Shown: piece after piece, positions 53,125-64,000 of the stretch | Layout of the letters: each line of letters opens with the position of its first letter | Position numbering within the stretch: the first letter of the stretch is position 1 | Notes under the pieces: generated by a model | What the model saw: only the letters and a program-made list of their open reading frames with translations | Database searches by the model: none | Told to the model about the DNA's origin: nothing | Position numbers and translations under genes: made by a program | Source of the DNA: Octopus sinensis | Taxonomy: Eukaryota | Length of the DNA: 64,000 nt | Assembly: GCF_006345805.1 (NCBI RefSeq) | Contig: NC_043010.1 | Coordinates: forward strand, 58,032,001-58,096,000 | Direction: 5' to 3'

Positions 53125-53664
53125 CAAATATTGGGTAGCAATTTTGAGAGGTGGGGGTAGGCTGACTGCATGAATTGCAGTCCTTGACTGGTTTTTATTT
53201 CATCAACCCTGGAAGATGAAAGGCAAAATCAACCTCAGCAAAATTTCATCTCAGAATTTAAAGATGGAAGAAACGCCACAAAGCCAGCATGCCACCCTTA
53301 CAACAACAACAACAACAACAACAACGATAATGATAATAATGATAACGATAAGAAGAACAACACCAACAAGTAGGAGAAGAATCCTTTCAACTATTGACAC
53401 AAGGTCAGGAATTTGGCAGGATGGGGGTGGGGCTATTCAATTACATCAACCCCAGTGCATAACTGGTAACTATTTCATCAACTTTTGGTACAGAGCCAAC
53501 AATTCAGAGGGAGAGGAAGCCAGTTACATTGAACCCAGTATTCAACTGGTACTTATTTTATCGACCCCTTTAAAGGGATGAAAAGCAAAGCTGACCTCAG
53601 CAGAATTTTAACTCAGAACATAGACAGGCGAAATGCCATAATGCATTTTGGCCAGCTCACCACT

Positions 53665-53696
<32 letters not shown>

Positions 53697-54050
53697 CCTT
53701 TCTACTATAGGCACAAGGCCTGAAATTTTAGGGGAGGGGGCAGTCGATTAGATTGACCCCAGTATGCAACTGGTACTTAATTTATCAACACTGAAAGGAT
53801 GAAAGGCAAAGTCGACCTCAGCAGAATTTGAACTCAGAACATAAAGATGGACGAAGTGTCACAATGCATTTTGGCCAGCCTGCTAATGATTCTGCCAGCT
53901 CACCTCTTTAATAATAATAATAATAATGTTTCTAATATATGAACAAGGCTTGAAATTTGAAGGGAGACGGTCAGTAGATGACATTGACTGATATTTCATT
54001 TTATTTACTCCAGGGCTCAACTGGTACCTCATATTATCAACCCCGAAAGA
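53125..54050 (-). mobile_element. Cluster of about five same-orientation SINE family A copies/fragments
   Basis: Repeated CAACTGGTACTT / GGATGAAAGGCAAA / GAATTTGAACTCAGAAC modules separated by (TAA)n or (ACA)n. Confidence 0.8.
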
Positions 54051-54185
54051 GATGACCACAGATGACCAATATTGACCACAGGACAATTTGAAATAAGAAC
54101 GTAATGGGTCATAATTAAATGCGTCCCATACTCCAACAACTCACCACCACCACCTCCACCAACACCATTCTCATTACTGCTGCTG

Positions 54186-54228
<43 letters not shown>

Positions 54229-54643
54229 AAGTGTTGGTGGTGTGCCTTGTAGGCTGACTTCTATAATATATAGACTATGTTCTCCCTGCAACATGTTAAC
54301 TTGTTATGCATGTATGTACATATTTATGTATGCATGTATACCATAGAGAACTAAAAGGACAAGCTAGGCACAAACTGCTCACACACATGTCTGTGCCTTT
54401 ATATGTGTATACAAATATATATATAGGCATACACGTACACACACTCACACATATATGTATATATACGTATATATTTACAACAGCTACCCTGGGGCAATTT
54501 ACCTGTATCTCTCTTTTTTACTAATTTACAATGATATACAAAATTATACATTCATACATATACATATGTATATATAGATATATATACGTCCATATGCCTG
54601 TGTATATATGCACATGCTTGTGTTTTCTGTATATGTATGTATG

Positions 54644-54676
<33 letters not shown>

Positions 54677-55081
54677 ATATACATCCACAATTATATATGT
54701 CGATTTGTGCCGATATATATGTTTGTGTATGCGTACAGAGATGTTATGTAAAAATTCTATCTGTGCATGTATGTATATGAAAGTATGTCAGAGTGTGTGT
54801 ATATGTGTGTGTATAATGATGCTGCCGCCATTGCTTGGTGGAGGAACCAACACATACATGTATACACACATGTATGGGTGTATATGTGTATATACACACA
54901 TCTATGATATCGATTTCATAAAATGCCCAACAAAGAACTTCAAACAACAAGCGGAAACATTTAGAAATGGTCAATAAAATACTATAAACAAAAATATTGT
55001 AAATGTGTGTGTGTGTGTATATATATATATATACATGTTGTATGTATATATAAGATATATATAATATACATATATTATATA

Positions 55082-55164
<83 letters not shown>

Positions 55165-55297
55165 ATATATATATACACACACACATATATATATATATAT
55201 ACATATATATATAAATGTACGAATAAATATGTAAATATACACAACTTATATATATGAGTATATACTTAAATTTATCAAAGTGAGTGTATGTACATAC

Positions 55298-55340
<43 letters not shown>

Positions 55341-55389
55341 TATTATTTTTATATACATATACATATTATTTTTACATACATATACATAT

Positions 55390-55438
<49 letters not shown>

Positions 55439-55470
55439 CATTATTATATATATATATACATATTATATAT

Positions 55471-55529
<59 letters not shown>

Positions 55530-55637
55530 TATATATGTATTTAGATATATAACATATGCATATATACATACCTTCAGAAATATATATAGATAGAAAGATA
55601 GATAGATAAATAGGTAATGTTTGCATTACCTATATAC

Positions 55638-55671
<34 letters not shown>

Positions 55672-57119
55672 GTATATATATTACACATATCATAGATACA
55701 TAAATACATACACAGAAACATACACGCACGCACACACACACATACAGTGCCATTTCCAATTTGACTGTGGAGGCATATAGTAAACCACTCCATGCAAATA
55801 TATTGATGATTATTTACATATCCGTCTCTCTATATACACACACCGATATGTATATGCATGTCTATTACTTAGGCATACACACAGACAGGGACTGGGTGTA
55901 TATACTGCTTAAGTCAGCAATATTGGAAACTGCAGTAATATTGAATCAAGTGCGTTAACAATATAGGGCTTACCGGTTTGGTCAGAAAGCTGTGGGTAAA
56001 ACTGATGAGTTTGTTATCAATGTGGCTAGCTCGGCAATTAGAGACATACATAGACAGGTGTGTGTGTATATAGGTGAGCAGACAATGCCAGGTAGAAAGG
56101 GTCAGGCTTGTATCCCTATTGTATAGGGGTCAGATGGGTTTTAATAGAAACTGGTTCCTACCTCCATAAAGCGGTCCATCATTGATAATTGTGACAGGAG
56201 ATTCATATCTCACAACTTCTCTTCTAACTGCTGCTACGGTTTGACAGTATCATTACTGTACAGGCAGTAGTGGTGTAGTGGTGTTGTGGTGGTGCTGTGG
56301 TAGTGGTGTATTAAACTGGTGCTGATGGTGATGCTGATGATGACAACAATGATGATGATGGTGGTGGTGGTGGTGATGGTGTTCTCCGACTTCCCTGGTA
56401 CACACGCAACACAGAGAGAGAAGGCAGTTGCAGACCTGCACCTCTAGCATTTAGACTGTGCATGTGAGAAGTGGTGATGGTCGTGGTTGTGGTGGTGGTT
56501 GTGGTGGTGGTTGTGGTGTCGTGTGCATATATGCATGTCAGTGGAGGAGATCAGCTGCAGTGAATGTTTCTATGGAGCTGTGCTGTTGGTCTGAAAACCA
56601 TAGCTAGGTCTCTTGTGTGTGTCTGTGTGTCTGTCTCAACAGCATGTTTTACTCAATACCAATCTATATACACACACGTGTGAGTGTGTGTATATAGATT
56701 TCTGTGCATGTCTGTAATTGCATGTTTCTTTCTCCATTTGGCCAAATACACACCATTGACAAAATCTCCCCCCCTCTCTCTCGCTCGCTCTCTCTCTAAT
56801 ATATATACCCTGTCTGTGTGTCCGTGTATACCCATCAGTGTGTACCCAACTGCATGTGTCTCTTTACATATCAACATGTTTTATGTGTGTGTGTGTGTAG
56901 GAGTATGTGTGAATAAACGTGTGAGCGTGTGTAAGCATATTTTCCATCATCCTCATCTTTTCTATTCGTATTGTCCTGGGTATGGGTGTAGATGAGGGTG
57001 GACTGAAGCAGGTTTAAACACACATTTTCTCCCTCTCTAGCTCTCCCTGCTACATCTAGGGTATGTGTGATTGTGTGTTTGTGGGCATTATATATACATA
57101 CACACACAAATATATACAT

Positions 57120-57169
<50 letters not shown>

Positions 57170-57458
57170 GTATGTATTTATAGAGATATCCTTTTATTCA
57201 TATGTGTATGTGTGCAAGTGTAAGAACCATTTTACTGGTTGTGTACCTGTGTGTGCATACACTTGTGTATATATGTACATGTATGTGTTTAGGTTTTCTG
57301 CTTGGATTAAATCCTGTGTTATTGTTACCATGGCTACAGTGTGTGTATGTAAGTCTAAGTTAAGTGTGTAAATTTACATATATCTGTATGTGTGTGTGTG
57401 TATATGTGTGTGTGTATATATGTGTGTGTGTGTGTGTATATATATAGCCATCTGACTA

Positions 57459-57491
<33 letters not shown>

Positions 57492-57535
57492 GGACATGTA
57501 TGTGTGTACACACACACACACACACACATATATAC

Positions 57536-57585
<50 letters not shown>

Positions 57586-57691
57586 GTGATCATGTATGTG
57601 TGTATCAATACAAGCGGTCTGACTGCTTTCTTAGATATTGTACTTCTCTGTGTGTATATGTATTTGTAAGCAGTTTTCATATATATAGATA

Positions 57692-57722
<31 letters not shown>

Positions 57723-58163
57723 GAACGTACATCAATTCCATGTAGCCATTGATTTCTAATATTTACATGCAATGAGCTGATCTGACACTCTAGCTCCATC
57801 TTGGACTTTCTTCATCCCACATCACCTTTCTTTCACCTCACACCATTTGTGTGTGTGGGGGGGGGGGTTAGCTGGGGGGGGGGAGAGGAGGAGGGCCCTC
57901 GGGGACAGACAGACATCCATGCAAATAGACAGATGGTCAGATATAAAAGACAAGGGAAGACTGTGAAAGGGAAAAATATGGAGAAATATGTTTAGCTTTC
58001 ATAATTTACACTTCATAATCTTTGTAGCTATTGATCTGTCTGTCTGTCTATCTATCTATCTATGTCTGTCTGTCTCTCTCTAACTGCCTGTCTATCTGTC
58101 CATACATCCATCCATCCATATACCTCTCCTCTCTATCTGTCTGTCTGTCTCCCTCTCTCTCTC

Positions 58164-58285
<122 letters not shown>

Positions 58286-58310
58286 ATATATATATATATA
58301 TTAAATATAT

Positions 58311-58363
<53 letters not shown>

Positions 58364-58577
58364 TTATTCATTAATAAGAACAGCTAAGTCATCATTGGAC
58401 AGTCTGATGATGCTTAGCTAGGCAAAACTTCAAAGTTACAGTCAATACTATTCTTCTTAACAAATTATTAGTATTCTGACAAAAGCATGAAGTAATCCTT
58501 TAGATAAGTTTGAAATTGTTTTTACAGCTGAATGAAAAAAAAAAACATTTATGTATGTAATTATGTGTGTCTCTCTG

Positions 58578-58612
<35 letters not shown>

Positions 58613-59269
58613 TGTGTGTGTCTCTTGGGGGACTTTAAATTGCATCCAGTTGCAAAGCCCAAGCGTGGGAGTTCCAGAGTTTTGAGAAATGTAAAACAAG
58701 CTCTTAGCCATTATTGTTACCTGGATCTACTTTAATCTTGAGTAGTAGCACTTGTCAGGGTCCAAACTGTGGCTTAATTAGCATGTCACTGGACTGCCTC
58801 TGGAAGGTCACTCACAGACTCCCCAATGGATCCATGGCCAATGAGGTCCTTCTGCTCTTTAATAGGTCATCGAAGAGAAGGTAACTCCATACAAATCCTG
58901 CATCCTGATAACTACTGGGCTTGTGGCATTTGTTACACCAGATCAATACAAGTTTGGGGGACAGGAGAGTGGGACTGGCTCTGCACAAACCATGCCCACC
59001 ATGATAAATTGGAGTCAGAGATAGTTGTTAATAAGTCACCAACCGTTAACTTTTCTGCTTTGGTTCTAATCAGACTTAATTCAGGAAAAACGGTTCACTT
59101 TCAGCACATTCCAAATGTTCTTCAGAAAGATATCAACACTAAACGTTTTAAAACCAATCAATCTTTTAGAGTTTCAGTGTTACCATTTTAAAGAACCAGC
59201 TCCGTTTCGCTCTCTTCAAGACATTTCTATAAACAGTTACTGTAAGGTATTTTTGGAGTCTCTATGTAG

Positions 59270-59620
59270 TCACTCCACTTCCTGTTAGACATAACAGCTA
59301 AATCTCCTTCACATCATAACATACACTCTTGTGAAAGAAAAGGACAAATTAAATAATTTAGCCCTAGAAACCCTAACAGAACAAGATGGCCTTGGTTGGA
59401 ATGTCTTTGACTAATCAAGGTTGACTTAGGGTTAAACAACAACAGCAACAAACAGCTCCCTCAGCCCACAGACTACTGTCTTGAAAGAATGGACACATCG
59501 GGCAATGTAGTCTTAGATAAATTGTGTCAAAATAGAAGGTGAAATTGTCATGGCTGGAATGTCTTTGATTAAAAATTTATTGGATCAAGGCTGACACAAT
59601 AGATAATGTACACCTAGATA
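59270..59620 (+). mobile_element. Two decayed family C copies
   Basis: ACAGCTAAATCTCCTTCACATCA..GGTTGGAATGTCTTTGA..GGGTTAAACAACAAC, then a second GTAGTCTTAGATA..GTCATGGCTGGAATGTCTTTG. Confidence 0.55.
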
Positions 59621-60827
59621 TACCTATAAATATATATATATATATAATGTGAGATGGTCTTAGAAGGATTCTTTGTCATCATATGTATTAGACTGTGTCA
59701 AACTGACCTAGGGCTAAACAAAAATAACAACAAACAGTACTAGAGTGAGAACACAGATATTCGAGGATTAGTATGATATGGTCAAGTTGGGTTGTCTCCC
59801 CTACAATGTCTTCTTGATGCTCTGTGTCAAACAACACAATTCTCCTGAAGAGAGTTGTAAGTGAATGGTGACCTTACAGAGGTCAATTAACGACTGGGCA
59901 GGCATTAAATTGGTAGAGTCAGTTAAGCATCAAACAGAAGGCGTTGTGGTGTTTGTTCTCTGAGTTCAAACCATGCTCAGGTCAACTTTGCCTTGCATCC
60001 TTTCTGAATTGACAATAAAGTAACATTCCAAGGCATGGGATAGACCTTAAAACATGAATAATTGAATAAACAAAACTGAATATATACAAAAACCAATGAT
60101 CTTAAAGATCTCAAAAATTTGTGGCCGTTCCATACATGCAATAAAGACAGTCACTGCCCCTGTTGTGCTAAGTTATATTTTGGCTTGTCTCTGTGCACAT
60201 GTACATAGATATGTACATGTGTTTTTGGGACCAGATATCTTGTGCTTTTATTATTATTATTATTATTCTTATTCTGGTTCTTTGAGTTCTGAGTTCAAAT
60301 TTCTCTATGGCCTACTTAGGTGGTAGATCAAACCCACATCCAAGTTCAGCACCATTTCCTAGCAGAGTCCATTCTGTCACAATCATTCATATCTGGTCTC
60401 TGGCCCCTCCCCCTCCTCTCATCAGTCCCAGAAGCCCTGCAACAAGTCATGAGCACTGCCTTATGCCTGGAGTCCCACAAGCCTAAGAGCACAACCCTAA
60501 CCTATGTATGTTGTGGTTGTGTATATTGGAATCCTAGTGCATTGCTTTACCCAGGGACCTGTATCGGTGTCCATAACAGAACACTGCCTCTGGTCAATAT
60601 AACAAGGAATGTTTTCAGAGGGTCTCTCCACCTTTCCTTTCATGGCCTTCTCTTCTTAGCGTGGACACTATAATGTTCATGCTACATTATAACATTTTAA
60701 TAAATATTAGAAATGTAATAAAGATCAAAATCTGGTAATGAGTGAGTGAAATGGCAGAAATTAATTAATTCTATAAGAAGGGTTTCGGAAGTGAAAGAAA
60801 TTGGCAAACTTAGTGAACAATAAGAAT

Positions 60828-61212
60828 AGGCATGGTTGTGAGGTGAGACATTTGCTTCCCAACTACATGGTTCTGGGTTCAGTCCCACTGTGTGACACAT
60901 CTGCTATAGCCTGGGATCAACCAAAGCCTTGTGAGTGGATCTGGTAGATGGAAACTCTAGGAAGCCTGTTGTATGTGGGGGTGTGGGGGTGTCTCCCCTA
61001 CCACCACCACCACTTGTCAACTGGTGTCAGTGTTTACATCCCCCATAACTGAGCAATTTAGCAAAAGAGACCAACAGAATAAGTAATGGGCTGAAAAGAA
61101 AAAAAAGAAAAGAAACATAGTGGGTGGGGTGGGGTGGGTCAATTTATTCAACTCAGAGGAATTCTTTGTGCCCCAGCATGGCCACAATATAATGACTGAA
61201 ACAAGTAAAAGA
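60828..61212 (+). mobile_element. Composite SINE family B (diverged)
   Basis: CATGGTTCTGGGTTCAGTCCCACTG..CAAAGCCTTGTGAGTGGAT..CCAGCATGGCCACAA..ACAAGTAAAAGA. Confidence 0.8.
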
Positions 61213-61779
61213 TGAAAGATAAAACTAGGAAATACTTCAAGTGTCACTGAGAACGGTGTCTGGTGGCGCTTGATACCAAATACGGTGAGGAAGCAATAAA
61301 AGCTGATGCTTCACCAAAACACACAGATCCCTGTTTAGATAGCGATGGTTGCAGTAGCAGAGTGTCCCAGAAATTCTAATTAGTAGGATCGAAGGCAATT
61401 CATTATGGTCCTTGTCAGTAATTAATGAGTAGGAATCAAATCTTTTATAGAGTAATTAGTGAGTATAAACAGTTTAAAAGTAGAATCAATTTGTTTCATG
61501 AGAGATAGGGGGGGGGGGGGAGCATTTTTGACAGGGAGAGAAATTCTTATAATATGAAAATTGTGTGAAATTGGAGATGAAACGGAATCATTTTGGGGCC
61601 GTTCCCTTGGAATATTTAAAGAAAACAACAATATTCCAACAGTTAAAAATTCAGGAAAAAAAAAGCCAACTATTGTTTATCTTGTTTTTTATCATAAATG
61701 TGTTTGATTTTATGAAGCAACAAATTATTCCAAATTTTATCAAACATTCATTGGCATTTGATGAAGACTTATATTTTTT

Positions 61780-61945
61780 AAAATTTGTACAGCACCATTG
61801 CACTGTGGCACAGTAGAGTACCATGGCACAAAAGTGCATATCATTGCACCATGACACAGCAGGGCACTATGGCACACAAGCACACTATTGTACATGAGTC
61901 TATTGTGACACACCAGTATACTATGGCACACCACTAATCTGTGGC
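61780..61945. repeat. Degenerate ~21-bp minisatellite around (C/T)ACTATGGCACA
   Basis: CACTGTGGCACA, ACCATGGCACA, ACCATGACACA, ACTATGGCACA (x2), ATTGTGACACA. Confidence 0.55.
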
Positions 61946-62118
61946 GGTAGATAAGGAGGGGGAGGAGGTAGTGGTGGTGGCCATGGTTTCTGTATCAGCA
62001 AGGCAAACTAAAGATGTTGCGCCCTCAAATCACATTAGAGTTGAGTTAGTACCAGTAATATGCTGGGTCCCAAACAATAAGCTTCTCCATAGCACTAACA
62101 AAAATTAATTCTCTCATT

Positions 62119-62331
62119 CTACTCTTTTACTTGTTTCAGTCATTTGACTGTGGCCATGCTGGAGCACCACCTTTAGTTGAGCAAATCGACCCCAGGACTT
62201 ATTCTTTGTAAGCCTAGTACTTATTCTATCAGTCTCTTTTGCTGAACTGCTAGATTACGGGGACGTAAACACACCAGCATTGGTTGTCAATTGATGTTGG
62301 GGGGACAAGCACAGATACACAAACATATATG

Positions 62332-62375
<44 letters not shown>

Positions 62376-62545
62376 TATATATGACAGGCTTCTTTCAGTT
62401 TCCGTCTACCAAATCCACTCACAAGGCTTTGGTCGACCCAAGCCTATAGTAGAAAGCACTTGCCCAAGGTGCCACATAGTGGGACTGAACCCGGAACCAA
62501 GTGGTTGATAAGCAAGTTACTTACCACACAGCCACTCCTACGCCT
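62119..62545 (-). mobile_element. Composite SINE family B (full length)
   Basis: Reverse complement colinear with 37341-37733. Confidence 0.9.
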
Positions 62546-62888
62546 ATTCTGTTTCATGAATGAACGCCAATGCTGGCTTTTGGCATTGGTAGAAAACCAA
62601 ACAGTTTGAGGTGAAAGGTAACATATAGTTTGATACTAGGCCCCACACCTTATCCTTAATTGCCTTTAGCAGGGTTTGCCTTGTTGGAAGCATGTGAATT
62701 GGGCTTCTGGGTAAGGATAAGTTCTCCCTTGTACGCATACCTGTCTTGAAGTTTCTATAAAGAATCAAAGACCCCTGACCCATCTTGGAGAGGAACCACG
62801 GGCCCTGCCCTTCATCATGCTAACTAAATCATTGGAAAAGAAATACACATTTTCAACTTTTACTTTTTCTATTGATTCCACCCCACAG

Positions 62889-62930
62889 GAAGGATAAAAA
62901 GGGAAGATGCAGCCCTGGTTGGATAAAAGG
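62889..62930 (+). CDS. Candidate 42-nt symmetric exon (KDKKGRCSPGWIKG)
   Basis: Long pyrimidine tract TTTTCAACTTTTACTTTTTCTATTGATTCCACCCCACAG before and AGG|GTATGA after; one frame open; no recognised homology. Confidence 0.25.
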
Positions 62931-63639
62931 GTATGAAAATTACTCACAGATTTAAATGATAAATAAGACATAACTAAATAACAGGCCCCTACATTTTTGC
63001 CATCATGTTGCCCTTAAAACAAAAATTCCTATTGATGTCTCTTACACATTATTGTTATAGTTGCTGCTGTTGTTTAGGCCGAGCAAAAGTGTTTCTGCTA
63101 CGATCATCCAGTCTGCTCTTAGATACAGTGTATCAAAGACTACACAATACAATGTGCCTTTTTATATAGATCTGAGGAAGATTTGGTTGTTGTTTCTAGA
63201 AGAGCAAGCAAGAAAATTGAGATGTTATTAACTCTTTAGGTTGCTCGTGTCTCTCATGATATTATAAGTGATCCCTAAGTTACAGAAAGGTTTTAGGTAT
63301 TGCTGCTCAGCTGCATTTCCATAATATGAAATCGATGTGAAATAATACACCCCTGGCAGAAGTCTTTCACAGGTGTAACAATAATAAATAACCCCTTTGA
63401 CATTTGTACATACTGAATTGATACAGAATAATTGCCAGCTATATAAATATTGTGAGGAGAGATTACAATCCACAAGGATTGGTAACCAGTCCATTTCAGA
63501 TAACATCTCCAACATAGGATTTCTCAGAGTGGCAGTGGTGTTTGAGGGGCTGTGGAACATTTTATATGGGTCCTGATGTCAAATGGAGCAGTAACTGGTG
63601 ATATATGCAGTTTTATTAGTATTCGTCTTCTTTAAGATT

Positions 63640-63960
63640 ATTTTTTCAATATCATAATAAACTGTTACAACAACACCGTTCTATATTTAAGAGATGAGGA
63701 ATTATTTACATTATTTACATTATTTACATTATTTACATTATTTACATTATTTACATTATTTACATTATTTACATTATTTACATTATTTACATTATTTACA
63801 TTATTTACATTATTTACATTATTTACATTATTTACTTGTCCTCATCTTGTTTGTTATTAACATGTTTCGGCTGATATACCCTACAGCCTTAGGCGTCTTG
63901 GGGAAATTTCGAACCTGGGTTCTCATTCCTTAGGTATTTTTTGATGTTATTATTATTATT
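63640..63960 (-). mobile_element. Penelope-like terminal fragment with core-deleted hammerhead
   Basis: Minus strand GACGC-CT[..]A-AGGCTG-TAGGGTATAT-CAGCC-GAAAC-ATGT: stem II and GAAAC intact, GATG of CTGATGA missing. Confidence 0.5.
63701..63835. repeat. Perfect 9-bp tandem repeat (ATTATTTAC)15
   Basis: Direct reading, 15 uninterrupted copies. Confidence 0.95.
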
Positions 63961-64000
63961 ATTATTCAGGTCACTGCCTGGAATCAAACTCGGTATCTTG

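Noticed and set aside
55985-56045. CTGATGAG possible hammerhead core
   Set aside because: No stem II closing onto GAAA downstream.
57857-57905. G-quadruplex-capable G-tract cluster
   Set aside because: Simple homopolymer runs are common in this genome and nothing indicates function.
58826-59191. 121-aa ORF and neighbouring 117-aa ORF at 60320-60673
   Set aside because: No recognisable domain or convincing splice context; compatible with chance or decayed repeats.
63694-63933. (HYL)n protein ORF
   Set aside because: Produced by the 9-bp tandem repeat inside a retroelement end.

Overview
AT-rich, repeat-dominated eukaryotic DNA. The (TA)n/(TG)n/(GA)n tracts, tRNA-derived SINEs and RTE tails resemble an octopus (coleoid cephalopod) genome; this is inferred from pattern, not from a database match. 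I cannot confidently identify any protein-coding gene. Almost all supplied ORFs are microsatellite artefacts (YI/HT/CV/LS runs). The rest are decayed transposon pieces: two R4/Dong-type restriction-like endonuclease fragments, several RTE LINE 3' ends, two CR1-like fragments, a maT-type mariner fragment, a nearly full-length dead Tc1, a piggyBac-type MITE and three SINE families. The best hunt result is a near-canonical type I hammerhead ribozyme fold at 30060-30160. It has a palindromic mini-stem III, a bulged stem I, a long stem II insert and a U3 core variant, and two degenerate relatives lie in the window. Other notable items are a 69-bp inversion inside an RTE 3' end whose junction recurs in a second copy, an in-frame mariner-RTE chimeric ORF, stacked Dong-like insertions in TAA tracts, and motif/hairpin arrays with microsatellite spacers. 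A few weak exon and promoter candidates are also listed. All coordinates and alignments were read by eye; element edges are approximate.
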